DNA of 60,000 nt from Malacoraja senta (Eukaryota), in contig CM075989.1 of the NCBI GenBank assembly GCA_038087875.1, positions 15,068,001-15,128,000 of the forward strand. Reading direction: 5' to 3'. Positions 39,461 through 52,435 of this stretch are shown piece after piece. The notes beneath the pieces were generated by a model, which was given only the letters and a program-made list of their open reading frames with translations, ran no database searches and was not told the origin of the DNA. Position 1 is the stretch's first letter; each line of letters starts with the position of its first letter. A program made the position numbers and the translations under genes.

Positions 39461-42400
39461 AGCCCTGTCACACTGTGCGAGCTGACCCACGAGGTACCCC
39501 GAGCGAAAGACTCGTGGTTGTGCACGAGATTCCAAGTGTATGATCAAGAGTTTAACCGAGTTCCCACGGGTATGACTCAAGTTTGCCGTTAACTGTCATT
39601 TCTGCGATGTTCCAAGTTCGTCTCCCGAGTTATCAAGTTCCTCTCCCGAGGTACTCTTGAGCCAAACGTGAATGAAGGTCTGTTTTAATAAGCAACAGTG
39701 ACTGAAGAAGGGTTTCGACCCGAAACGTCGCATATCTCTTCTCTCCGTAGGTGCTGCCTCACCCGCTGATCTGGCCTCCACTATCCTTGGGAGTGGAAAT
39801 TTTTTAACTGCCTTTGCATAATTACGCCTTGTTACCACCGTTTTTATACAAAACAATATTCATGCTCAACATTATGTTTATCCAAGTACGTTCACTGTAC
39901 TTCCTTTACTGTAATAGACGTTGGAACCTCCTGAGTTTGTGATGGGCGCTATTTAAATACAGGGATGTCTTTTCATTGCTGGACGTTTTTTCCTGTAACA
40001 TACTTAATAGAATTTACACTTTATAATTAAACTATTCGCATACGCATATAAAATCTGAATTAAGCCGAATTACTCATTGAACTGGCAATCGTGACATGAA
40101 AGCCATAGACGGAAATGGCAGACACAGACGCAGAATATTTGTATCTGCATTGCATTTACGTGCAGTTCATTTGGACCACAGTCTATGGCCCTTCCGCTGC
40201 AGGATATTGAAATGGGGACACCCGTCAGACAAGGGTAGGGATATCACCCCAAGGGGCACATAGCGACAAGAGAGTTTTGTTTAAATATAGATGGAAACAG
40301 TCCTGACACTATTGAATGTATAGACACTGATAATGCATTGCACTGTTTTTGTTTTGTGCACATTTCTTATTCTGAGTAAAGTTTATTTTAGAAAAATACC
40401 GAAGGCATTAACCACTGAGAATCTATGAAAAGATTTCGCACGGTTTTTGTTTTATACATATTTTATTCAGGAGAAAGATTATTTTTGAAATTACACATGG
40501 CATTGGTGTATTGCATATCCTGTACATCTTTTTATGAATAATTTTTTTTTAAATTTAGAAATAAATCCACTGAAGGCACTGTTGTGTTTTTAATTCTGTT
40601 TGGCAGGATATGGGTCATACGCTGGAATGTGGGGCGCCATGTTCGGCATGGAGAAATTGGACCAAATAAGCTGTTTCCGTGTTGTATGACTGACTCTATG
40701 AGATCAAATAAAATTATACTTAATTATAATGGTCAAACTCAAGTACGAATCGAAGTGCAGTATACAGAGTGCAGAATACAGTTCTCAGCATTGCACCGCA
40801 CCAGTTGCACAGAGAGTCCAAATGTCCGTAATGAGGCAGAGGTGAATCGGACATTACCTTCGGTTATAGAAAGACCTTAAAGAAACCTGATAATAGAGGG
40901 GAAGAAGCTGTTCCCGAGGCTGGCGCTTTCAAACTTCTGTACTGCCCGCCGGACGGGAGCAAGGAGAAGAAGAAATAACCGGGATCTTTGATTATATAGG
41001 TTTTGAGGCAGCGTGGAGTGTAAATGGAGTCAATGGTGGGAGACCTGGTCTTTGTAAAATAATATATCCTATAAGATTTTTTTTCTCATTTTGAGACATA
41101 TAGTAAAATACTGTGTTCTGATACTAACTATTAAATCCCTTAAACTTGCAAAATAACTGTTTAATAGTTCTGGCGAGGACAGCTGACCCTTTACTTGTGC
41201 AGTGAAACTTGCTGCCTTTAACAACATTTCAGCGGTAATCTTATCATTATTTACCATATGAGAGCTGAGGGAGGCAGATGCACCCTGCCCGGGGAGAGGC
41301 CGCGGAGAGACTGCGGGGGGAGTACCTCACTGACTGTGATAGGGAGAGACAGAGGCGCACACACACACACACACAGTGTGGAGTTCCTCTGACTGAGTGG
41401 GTGTGGGGGGTGTGTGTGTGGGTGTGGGGGGTGGGACAGAGAGAGAGAGAGAGACACACACACACACAGGCAGCGTGGAGTACCTTTAACTATGTGTGTG
41501 GGAGAGACAGACAGAGGCAGACACACACACACAAAGGGCAGTGTGTACCTCTGTGTGTGTGTGTAGGGGAGAGAGACACACAGAGACAGTGTGGACCTCT
41601 GACGGTGTATGAAGGAGGGGGAGAGAGACAGAGAGAGAAAGATACAGAGACAGTGTGGTGTACTTCGGCGTGACTGTGGGGGAGAGAGAAAGAGCGCACA
41701 GGACCTCGGTCTATCTGTGTGTGTGGGAGGGAAGAGAGACTAAAGCAGAATACATTTTATTGTGTGTGGGGGGAGAAAGAGAGAGGTGGGGGGGGAAAGA
41801 GAGAAATGGGGGGAGACGTATATACACACAAAGCAGAGTTTTACTGTGTATGTGGGAGACACAGATGGACTTACACAGATGGACTTACCTCGGTCTTACT
41901 GTGTGGGAGAGGGGGAGAAAGAGACGTACACTCACAGAGGCAGAGTCTCTCAGCCTGTGTGCGAGGAAGGGAGGGAGAGAGAGACACACACACACAAGGT
42001 GGATGTGAAATCTCACCTGCCTGTTTCAGTGACCGGCACCGGCCGCTAGTGAATGAAGACACCCCCATCTGTCTGCCCCTCCTCTCTCCACCCTCTCTCC
42101 TCCACCCCCCCTCCCTCCCTGCTCCAACCCCCCACTCCCCCCCAATTTGGAAATGTCATCCCATCACCCATTCCTTCTCTCCAGATATGCTGCCTGCCCG
42201 CTGAGTTAAAGAGTTCCCACGGTAGACTCACGAGTCACTAAGGTAAACGCACGGGCCACTACGTTCTTACAACGAGTTTAAATGTTTCAATTTTTAACCA
42301 CAAGAGTACATTTTACTCGTGGAAAGTTTAAACATGTTTGAACTTTTTCAAGAGTTAACAAGTTTCACGGGTACCTGGGGTTAGCGCCAAGAGTCGCTAA

Positions 42401-42516
42401 GTTGCGTCCACGATTTCCGACGTTCCCGCTACGTTAATTGTACGTGATTACCACGAGTTAAATTTGTTTTAAACTCGGGGTACCTCGTGGGTCAGCTCGC
42501 GCAGTGAGACAGGGGT
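39461..42516. mobile_element. About 3.05-kb non-autonomous TIR element (probably PIF/Harbinger-like)
   Basis: About 43-bp TIRs (AGCCCTGTCACACTGTGCGAGCTGACCCACGAGGTACCCCGAG versus the reverse complement of the right end), TTAA on both flanks, and many subterminal CACGAG/CTCGTG motifs. Confidence 0.7.
41270..42000. repeat. Degenerate CA/GT/GA-rich tandem region
   Basis: Recurring ...gagagacacaca...tacctc...tgtgtgggg units. Confidence 0.75.
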
Positions 42517-42907
42517 TTAACTCTGCTGCTCAGAAAACATTGCCAAAAGTTTGTAACTTTCCACCACTGCCCTTTGGGAAAAGGCCAAGTAAAAAAAAAA
42601 AAAAATTAGTTGTCAGACACTGCCTTCCTCAAATAAATGACGCAATTATGAGTTGTATGATGACGAATTTCATCTCTTCGAGCGCAGCAAATCTGTAATT
42701 TTCCGCTCCCAAGGATAGTGGAGGCCAGATCATTAGATCTATTTAAGGTGGAGACAGACAAATATTTGAAAGACTGAGGAATTGAGGGTTATGTGAAACA
42801 GGCACATGAAAGGTCAACACAGATCAGTGATGATCATATTGGATGACAGGGCAGGTTTCAGGGGCATGGTGGCCTACTCCTGCTCCTATTTCCATGTGAA
42901 GATACTA

Positions 42908-44622
42908 GTTTGAGTTTAGTTTATTGTCACGTGTACCGAGGTACAGTGAAAAGCTTATATTGCATACTAACCAATCAGCAAACACTACTTGATTATAATC
43001 GACCCATTCACAGTGTACAGATACATCGAGTCATAGAGTGATACAGTGTGGAAACAGCCCCATTGACCCAACTTGCCTACACCGGCCAACATGTCCCAGT
43101 TACACTAGTCCCACCTGCCTGCATTTGGTCCATATCCCTCCAAACCTGTCCTACCATGTACCTGTCTAACTGTTTCTTAAGTGTTGAGATAGTCCCAGCC
43201 ACAACTACCGCCTCTGGCAGCTTGTTCCATACACCCACCACACTTTGTGTGAAAAAGTTACCCTTCAGATTCCTATTCAATCTTTTCCCCTTCACCTTAA
43301 ACCTATGTCCTCGATTCACCTACTCTGAGCAAGAGACTGTGCATCTATATGATAAAGGGAACAATGTGAATAATGTTTAGTGCAAGATAAAGCAAGTAAA
43401 GTCCCATCAAAGATAGTTCGAGGGTCTCCAATGAGGTAGATAGTAGTTCAGGACTCCTCTCAAGTTGTGGTAGGATAGTTCAGTTAACAGCTGGGAAGAA
43501 ACTGTCCTTGAATTAGGTATGTTACAATACTCACCTTCAGAGGCGCTGTAATTCTGTCACTGGCCGTGTGCGCGATTTTGGCGCCTTTAAGGGGGGGGCG
43601 GGTTTAAAACGCGGGTTTCTCCTCCCTTGTCCTGAATTATATTTCGTTGGAGTACAAGCATTTGCTGAAAAATCGTTCCTAGGGGCGTTTTGTGTATTTT
43701 TTATTTTTATTAAATCGACAATGTCAGCGCTGGAATCATTTTAAAATCAGCTTCTGAAGCTCAACGCCGACAACGGGGACGGATTTCACACACGGGACAG
43801 GTAAACGAAAGTGGTTTATTTTAATGTATAAAAGTGCTTCTTAAGAAGCCTTTAATTAATATTTTTTCATGTGAAACGGTGATTTTATTCCCCGAACGGC
43901 AGAATTTTTCATGCCGATACGGGGTTAAATTCACCGCAAATGAACGTTCCAAAAGATCGCGTTCCAGAAAACCTCACTCGCAAAATGAATTAAATGCCGA
44001 TTAATTTGCAGGTATTAAACATTCAATTCCTCCCATTTGGCCTGTAAATCCATGACAATGAGATTTAAAAATTATGTTATATTGTGAATTCTTTTGTGAA
44101 TGTTATTTGGACACTTAGGATTTTTAAAAATGTTAATCTATTCTTAAGAAATTGATAGATGTTTAGATCTAGTAATTGAATTTTGTAATTAGCTACAATT
44201 AGGTAACTAAACTAATTATATGCTTTAATTTCATGTCTTCTAAGTAAGATTGTTTCATATTTGTTTCAGAATGCTTCAATCTATAATAACTGAAAATGTC
44301 TTTCAGTTCCCTTAATTTTTAAGAAAGTTATGGGCTTTTGACTGTCCTCGATCACAGCTTTTGTGTTGAGTCAATGGAAAAGCAATAGGCAACAAGATGC
44401 TAATTTCCGAGTATGAAAATGGCCATAACTTTTTTAATACTGAAGATATGAAAGTGAATTAGGTGTCAAATTAATCTCAAAATTTTGTAACATTGCTACT
44501 TGAATCTGGAGGTGTGCGTTTTCACACTTCTATACCTCTTGCCTGATTAGAGAGAGGAGAGAGTGGCCAGGGTGCGACTCGTCCTTGATTATGCTGGTGG
44601 CCTTGCCGAGGCAGTGTGAGGT
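42908..44622 (-). mobile_element. Rex1/Babar-type LINE 3' fragment hosting nested insertions
   Basis: Tail gtttagtttattgtcacgtgtaccgagg. The body ctgggaagaaactgtccttgaat|ctggaggtgtgcg is split by the 43514-44498 element and by a CR1 fragment at about 43027-43345. Confidence 0.7.
43514..44498. mobile_element. 985-bp non-autonomous DNA transposon with 14-bp imperfect TIR and 7-bp TSD
   Basis: TAGGTATGTTACAA...TTGTAACATTGCTA; CTTGAAT at 43507-43513 and 44499-44505. Confidence 0.8.
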
Positions 44623-46309
44623 ACCAAGGCCATGAATATTAAGCAATGAAGCATAACTGTTGCCATAGGTTTATACTAAAGCACTCAAGATCAATTTCCC
44701 GATACCAACACTGGATGCTTTCCAGCCAAATGAATAATGAGAATTTTAATCTGAATTCCCAAAATGAGGTGTAATTTCTCCAGTTAATATTTCTTAAATA
44801 CGGAATATGGACAAATGTGAAATAAACTACAAAATTGCCACTGGAAACATGGAAGAGAAACAGAACACCCCGGGAATATCTAGCAGAAAAAGTCCAGATA
44901 GGATGAGTCAGTCTGATGAAACACCTTCTCTAGAGTCAGCAAGAAAGAACAAGCAAAATAAACAATGATACAGGAACAAGAGTTCCAGGAGTTCATCCGA
45001 TACCTGCCAGGTATCTGGCACATTCAAATGCCTAACTACAGAATCAGAAGATTGGGACAAAAGAGTGTGCAGTATTGAACATAAAAGAATCACAGAATTG
45101 TACAGCAGAGAAACAGGCCCTTTAGGCCCATTTCATCCATGTTGACCAAGCTGGCTATCTACACACATGCATTAGGCCCATATCCCACCATACATTTTCA
45201 ATATAAACACCTGTCCTAATGTCATAAACATAATTCTATCTGCCTCCATCACCTCCTCTCGTACTTCTTTCCAAATTACTACCACTCTGTATGAAAAACC
45301 TTCTCCACGGATTCCCTTTAAGTTCACCAAGGAGGACATGGAAGGTATTAGGCCAATACCTGGAAAATGTTGAGATTAAGGAAATAGCATTGGATCTCAT
45401 GAAGAATATGAATAGTGAATGGGGACCTACCTGATGGGATTTATTGCAAGACATTGAAATGCTAGAAAGGAGGATTCTGGGACTTAAATGTCGATTTTTA
45501 TCTTCTCCAGGCCACAGGCGAGGTCCCAGAGTATCGAAGAGTAGCCGATGTGGCTCCTTTGTTTAAGAACAGCAACAGGGATTAATCCAGGAAATCCTAG
45601 GTCAGGGAGCCTCGCATCAGTAGCAGAGAAACATTTAGAAAGGTTGGACTAACTTGGATAGCTTTCTATGGAGCATTAGAACCCGAGGATAAGCCTGATA
45701 CATGTCTTATAAAATCATGAAGACCATAAGGTAAGATATGCGGATGCCTGGAACATGTTTTCAGTGGGGGTGGAAGCAGACACGATGGTGTGCAAGCAGT
45801 TGGGGTTGGTTTAATTTGGCATCACTGTCAACACGCACATCATGACTGAAGACCCTATGCTCTACTGTTTCTGTTCAAATTTTCTGCCCTCTCACCCGAA
45901 ACTTGAACTCTCCACCTAAACTTCTCTGCCTGGGAAAAAGATGATCTCTGTGCCCCTCATAATTTTATAAACCTCTCAGATTCTTGCTTTCCATTGAGAA
46001 TAAACCCTGCTTGCCCAAACTCTCCCCGTGACTACAGCTTCCCATTCCAGGTAACATCCTGGTGGATCTCATGTGCACTCCTACTAATACTATCACATCC
46101 CTCCTGTCGTGTGACAATCAGAACTGTACACAATGCTTCAACTGCCGTCTTACAAATATTTCGTGCAGCTGCAACAGGGCATCATAACTCTTATCATTAA
46201 AACCCTTAGCTCATAAAGGCAAGCATACCAAACAACGTGCGCACTATCACATCCACTTGAATCACCACTTTCAGTGAGCTATGGACTTGCATCCAAAGTT
46301 CACTCAGTA

Positions 46310-46519
46310 CAAGGGTTCCCAACCTGGGGTAAATAATGTGTTGATTCTGGAACTTAAAATAATAATGTTAAAAACAGTATTTTAACATTTCCCCTTTGTC
46401 GGTTGCTTTATTATGGTAGAAGTGTAAACTCAAGTTACTGAAGAAAACAGGGTGGGGGTATATTTACTTTCGAAAAGTTGCCTGAGGTAAACGGGACAAA
46501 AAAAGGCTGGGAACCCCTG
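46310..46519. mobile_element. 210-bp hAT-type MITE
   Basis: TIR CAAGGGTTCCCAACCT / AGGCTGGGAACCCCTG; perfect 8-bp TSD ACTCAGTA at 46302-46309 and 46520-46527; nested in a reverse CR1 fragment. Confidence 0.88.
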
Positions 46520-47479
46520 ACTCAGTACATCAGCACTCTCAAGGACCCTGCTATTTACTTCATTTGTTCTACCAGAACTTGACTTCCTGAGTGAAGTGAA
46601 AGTAAAATTGCCCGTCATGTTCCTCCCCAGGTTTCCCTCCAACTGGTGAACAGGAATCAGTTTCACATTGCGACATTTCTCCACAAAAGACTGATAAAGG
46701 ATTGCTGCCTACCTCCCTTATCATCCCAAATTAAAACATTATTGCAATTCTCCAAGTTTCCCCGCGGTCAATACAGCGAGTCAATGCACAGATTCAGACT
46801 TCAAATATCCTTTCACAACTTCTGTGCAGTGAATGAGCAAGGCTGCAGCTCCCCACACTGGGGCTCCATGGAATAGAGACACGGTATATTTCTACAAATC
46901 TTAAAACCTGTTTTGTGCTTTAATAGCCATTATAAACATCGCTCACTTCACAATAAAAGTATTTTTCTTCTCCAAAATAATCCTCAATACCCTCGAATCA
47001 TTCAAGAACCAAAACCAGTGAAGTTAAGCACCTGCATTTAAGCTAAAAACTGATAATTGGTCACAGTTCCTTGCAAAATGTTTACTTTTAAGTCAGTGAT
47101 TCATACTTTCAAATATCCCCCCCCCTCCCCCCCCCCTCCCATTTGATCAATTGTCCCTCAAGACAAGCATACACGAGCAATGGTCAAATTGTGTGTTATA
47201 CTAGCAGAGAAGTTCTATGGTCCTATATACTGGATGATATCTTGACTAAATTTGTGGATTTGACATTTGGAAATCAATAACTATATTTCATTAATGTCAA
47301 ACATGCAAGATAATTCATTTTCTATTCAGATAAATGGAGGGTGAATGTGGCTTTTGCCCAATACTCTCGTACTTCATCAATCCTACATACCAAGAATAAA
47401 TATTAAGTTGCTCCTAAACACGTCTTAATTTAGTTGGAAAGCTTTGGTTCAGAGAAAGTTATAACAAAAAACGAAACCA

Positions 47480-48480
47480 TCTATATATATGATACTAAGT
47501 TTCGTTCAGGTTTATGTTATATTTCACAAGTTATTTCACATTTTTAAATTTAAAAGAAAATCCAAATTTGAGGAAAAAATCTTCCCTCTGCAGCTATAGG
47601 TTCTGTCCCACGGGTTTGCGGTCATTGGCGGTGAAGCGCGGCGTCGCCGGAAGAGGGGACCGCACGGCAACCACGAGAGCGCCGCACGGATGCTGCGCGG
47701 GGGCCGAGTATGGCCGGTTCCACGAGCTTGCGGCGTCAGGTGATCACGTCTTTCGGATCGCGGGGCTGTGGCGGTGGCCGTGCCGCACACGTGCCTCACT
47801 GGCAGCGGTCGTGCCGCACACGTGCCTCACTGGCGGCAGCTGTGGCGGTGGCCGTGCCGCACTGGCGGAGGCTGTGGCAGTGCAAGTTCGACACACGGCG
47901 CTCGTGCCGCACTGGCGGCGGCTGTGGCGGTGACCGTGCCGCACTTGTGCCTCACTGGCGGCGGCTGTGCGGTAAGAACATATTTTTGGACAGTGTTGAT
48001 TTTTTTTTTAGCACCGTGCGGTGTTGGGAACAACGCCGCACGGCCCCGGAATTGTGCGTTTGACCGAGTCCGCGGTCTCTGGCGGTCCAGGAGCGGTAGA
48101 TTCTTCCTGTTTCGCCGCCAATGACCGCAGACTCGTGAGACAGGCCTTTCAGATTTCACAATGGGATTGTTACAATGTTGCAATTCTGGGGACACTCAGT
48201 CCTGCAATGTTGCAATCCCTTTTTTTAAATATTCCTGGCAGCAAGTATATTCCTGGCAGCATGGAGGGAGGGTGACTAAGGGAAAATGAGCAGCCCCTGC
48301 GCAGTTGGGGGCAATGGGTGAGTGGTGGAATATTGCGTTAGGGGAAACGGGTTGCCTGGAGGACCATGCCTCCCATGGGGGCTATGGGTGATTGGTGAAA
48401 TATTGCGTTGGGGGAATGGGTTGCGTTGTGGGACCAGGCGTCCCGTGTGACAGGGACCCAACGGGTCCCAATTGGTCTAA
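47480..48480 (+). mobile_element. Non-autonomous Helitron
   Basis: A|TCTATATATAT 5' end; 3' hairpin GGGACCC-AAC-GGGTCCC (48453-48469) followed by CTAA|T; no TSD; internal GC-rich minisatellite. Confidence 0.78.
47763..47972. repeat. GC-rich minisatellite (GGCTGTGGCGGTGGCCGTGCCGCAC...CACTGGC units)
   Basis: About 6 imperfect units, directly visible. Confidence 0.85.
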
Positions 48481-48841
48481 TTACTACTAAAAATACAATT
48501 AATAACTTTTTCCTCTTCAGTATCAATAAACTGTTTTTAACATGAAACAATTTTTGAACAATTTCACCAGCAGATGTACTCATTTACTGTGGGCATCCCA
48601 ATAAGACACTTTGTTTGATAGCTACAGGGAAGAAGGATCTCCTGTAGCATTGCTGCACAGCTTTGCAGTGAAGAGGTCACAAACAGGTCCCTTCCAGTCC
48701 CGAGGCCACTCTCACACTAATCATAAATTCCTGACAGAACCCAGATTTATTGAGTGTTTCTTGGGCAGGCATCTTACTTGATTTGTACCTACAAACTTTA
48801 TGTAATCAGGTAACGAACATTTGATTTTCTGATTGGAACTT

Positions 48842-49632
48842 AATTCAATTTAAAATTCGACATAGATTATATTATTCAAAAACTAGACTGAATAAATTCT
48901 ATCCAAATACTTCTCCCATTTGTGATAAATGTTTATCTCAAAATGCCACTATAACACACTCTTTTGTTTCCTGCATAAAACGTCATAAATTCTGGAGCGA
49001 TATCTTTGAAATATTTACAAAATTATTCAAGATAAAAAATGCAGCCTAACACTGAAATGATTATACTTGGAGTAACGGAAGACGGGAACAAATTGAACAC
49101 ATTTCAAAATTCATTTTTAAATTATGGGTTAATAACGGCAAAAAAACTTATACTTAAATTTTGGAAAAATACACCCCTACCAACACTTAAAATGTGGATT
49201 TCAAACATGTTGGACACCGCACATCTTGAAGAAATGCGATTCCTAATAGACAAAACAGACCAATTCTTAACGAGTTGGTCTCCATTTATCGACTTCTTGG
49301 AAGCATATGGTGCAACAGAATCGTAGAAACCAACTGTTTCAGGACTGGGTGAAGGATGGTCAAGAATATCAATAACTATCTCCTATAATCTCCTACTCTC
49401 TACTCTTTCTCTTTCTCTCTCTTTTTTTTTTACTTCCCCTCTTTCCCCCCTTTTCCTTTTCACACACCAACATATCACACGTTTTTCTATTTTTTATTAC
49501 CTATTCTTTCTTTCTCTCTTTTAGTATTTAAAAAAAATACGAAGCTGTGCATAAAAAGTAACTTGCCAATATATATTAGGCACCTTGGTGCCACATTACT
49601 GTACTTGCTTCTAATAAAATTAAAAAAAAAAA
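48842..49632 (+). mobile_element. L1-clade LINE 3' fragment
   Basis: CCHC knuckle PICDKC...THSFVSC, AKKLILKFWK, WSPFI; T-rich UTR, AATAAA and poly-A. Confidence 0.88.
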
Positions 49633-49896
49633 TTTTTTTAAGACAACTAACTTATAAACTTACAATACGATACGAAATAACTTTATTTAGTCCAAGAGGG
49701 AAATTGATCTGCCAACAGTCATAAAAACACAAAATACACAAAACACATGAAACATGAAATTAAAATGATGAGTGGAAAGGCTTGGGGGATGTGCAAAGAT
49801 TGGGGAGGGGTCAGGGGAGTCAGCCTCAGTCTACCCCATGATTGAAGGGGGAGGAGTTGTAAAGTTTGATAGCTACAGGGAAGAAGGATCTCCTGT

Positions 49897-50178
49897 TTAA
49901 GGATAAGAGGGAAGTCTTTTAGGACCGTGATGAGAAAATCATTTTTTACACCGAGAGTGGTGAATCTGTGGAATTCTCTGCCACAAAATTGTGGCCAGTT
50001 CATTGGCTATATTTAAGAGGGAGTTAGATGTGGCCCTTGTGGCTAAAGGGATCAGGGGGTATGGAGAGAAGGCAGGGATGGGATACTGAGTTAGATGATC
50101 AGCCATGATCATATTGAATGGCGGTGCAGGCTCAAAGGGCCGAATGGCCTACTCCTGCACCTATTTTCTATGTTTCTA
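49897..50178 (+). mobile_element. CR1 LINE 3' fragment
   Basis: Near-identical to the 3' end of the 27042 copy. Confidence 0.88.
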
Positions 50179-50353
50179 TGCTGCCGGTCCCGCTGAGTTA
50201 CTCCAGCATTTTGTGTCCTTCTTCAATTTTCTTGGCCCCGCTCTGGGAGTAGACGTGGGGGCGGATCGGCCATGATCCCCAGGCCGAGTTCGATGATCGT
50301 TTGCCTGCTTCTGCTGCTGTTGAAGGTGAGACGTTGCATCGAGCCAGTGTCTT

Positions 50354-50578
50354 GGGCCTGTCCCACTTTGGCTGTCAGTTCCGTGACAGGCCGTTGGCAC
50401 GCAAAGATTTTGTTCGCTACAAAAATTTCGGAGCCCACGCGATGTCGCGCACAACTACATACCCCTCCACGCTTCTCAGTGGGACCGGCCCCGCGCGGTA
50501 ATACGATGCCCGTGCCTCTCAACGCGACAACGAGGTCGCGTAATTTGTGTGCCAAGAACACGCAAGTGGGACAGGCCC
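50354..50578. mobile_element. 225-bp MITE (Harbinger-like)
   Basis: Perfect 15-bp TIR GGGCCTGTCCCACTT / AAGTGGGACAGGCCC, related to the TIR of the 39461-42516 element; TSD not clean on the left. Confidence 0.75.
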
Positions 50579-51181
50579 TTTAACCTCTCCGTACATGTCT
50601 CCTCCTGTAGAATGTTCCCTGATATCTACTCTTTACCACCCTATTTTGTTTCATGACACCAGTGAACCACAAGAGAACTTTCACAGTGTTAACGCTAAAA
50701 TACCAAATTCAAAAGTGGTGTAAAAGTAGGTCAAGTTAAGAGCACCTGATACAGTATATGCACAATAAACAGTGGCACTTGGCTTTTCATGCTCTGAACT
50801 TAAAAAGTACAAGATCAATTGCTTAATATACCGCAGTTAAACATTGATACATTCAGGGGGATGCAGACAGACTATTAGTTAATGTCCTTAGATCAACCAA
50901 ATTGGCTGAACATCAAACTTAGGGATCAATTTAGTTTATAAGGTGGCAGAAGTCGCACTAAACCTTTTCATAGGCAGTAAAGTACTTTTCAAGTTTATTG
51001 TCATAAGCACATGTAACGTGAGGTACAGAAGCATTGAAAATCTTGCTGGCAGCAGCATCACAGGCATCTAGACACAGGCAACACAAATTACACAAGACAG
51101 GAAAAGAAAAAGACTGCGAAGAAAAACAAGACATTGCTGTAAAGCCCAATTTAAAAAACTAGGCCATGGTAGTGTAAAAAA

Positions 51182-51462
51182 GGCAGCATGGTGGCGTAGC
51201 GGTAGAGTTGCTGCCTGACAGCACCAGAGACGCAGGTTCGATCCTGACTAGGGACGCTGTCCGTACAGGGTCTTCCGTTCTCCCCGCAACCATGTGGGTT
51301 TTCTCCAGTGCTCCAGTTTCATCCCACATTCCAAAAACACAGGCTTGTAGGTTAATTGGCTTCTGTAAATTGTCCCTTGTTTGCAGCATAGAACAACTGT
51401 ACGAGTGATTGTTGGTCGGTTTGCCGAAGAATATGTTTCCATGCTGTATCTCTAAAAACTAA
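51182..51462 (+). mobile_element. tRNA-derived SINE (HE1-like)
   Basis: A box ggtggcgtagcggt, B box ggttcgatcc, and the family tail. Confidence 0.85.
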
Positions 51463-51791
51463 AATTAAAAGTGGACCGTGGTATTACCTTGCTAATATAG
51501 GATTAAGGTTATGCAGGTAGGTCCAAGAATCTCGTGGTTATAAGAAAGCAATTCATCCTGCTTTCTTAGGATTTCAGCTTCTGTGCCCTCTGCCCAACGG
51601 CAGCAGCGAGGAGAGGGCATAGCCCAGATGGTGGGAAACATGTTAAACGGCACCTTCTTGCGGCATATAGAGGCTGTTGATGGTGGAGAAGACTATGCCT
51701 GTGATGGACCAAGGTGAGTACACCACTCCCTACAGCCTCTTGTATTCCTATGCATTGGAATTGGCGTACAAGGCCATGAGGCAACCATTCT

Positions 51792-52240
51792 CCCCTGACT
51801 CTCAGTCTGAAAGGTCTCGACCTGAAACGTCAACCATTCCTTCTCTCCAGAGATGTTGCCTGTCCCACTGTGTTACTCAAGCATTTTGTGTCTATCTTCG
51901 ATGTAAACCAGCATCTGCAGTTCCTTCCTACACATTTTGTCTGCTCCACTGCAAAATCTCAAGTATGCCTAATTTGAAGAAGTTCCCCTCCTCTCTCTGA
52001 CCAGAGACCTGCAACATGTTCTCTCACTGCGCCCCCTCTGTGATTCCTCCTGCTCTCTGACCACGTTTCCGTCATCTGCTTTGATGTCATTTTCACACCT
52101 TGCCCCTTCATATCTCTACTCTCCCTCTCCCCTGATTCTCAGTCTGAAGAAGGGTCTCGACCCGAAACATCACCCATTCCTTCTCTCCCAGAGTTGCTGC
52201 CTGTCCTGCTGAGTTACTCCAGTATTTTATGTCTATCTTG
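51792..52240 (+). mobile_element. Two tandem Penelope-derived terminal repeats
   Basis: ccctgactctcagtctgaa...gaaacgtc at about 51806 and ctgaagaagggtctcgacccgaaacatc at 52144. Confidence 0.75.
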
Positions 52241-52403
52241 AAGATACTATCTACAGTACATCTGTAGGTTTGTTTGAGTACTTGGTGATATGAAAGGTAG
52301 TGTGTGGTCTCCTCACTTCACCGTTCTGAAGTCAACAATGAGTTCCTTGATTTAGTTGACATCAAGTGGGAGGTTGTTCTTGTGGTAGCAATTGTACAGA
52401 TGT

Positions 52404-52435
<32 letters not shown>

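Noticed and set aside
47514..48195. Overlapping GC-rich ORFs, or a CpG-island promoter or CRISPR-like array
   Set aside because: It is a minisatellite without unique spacers inside a Helitron-like element; ORFs arise from stop-codon scarcity.
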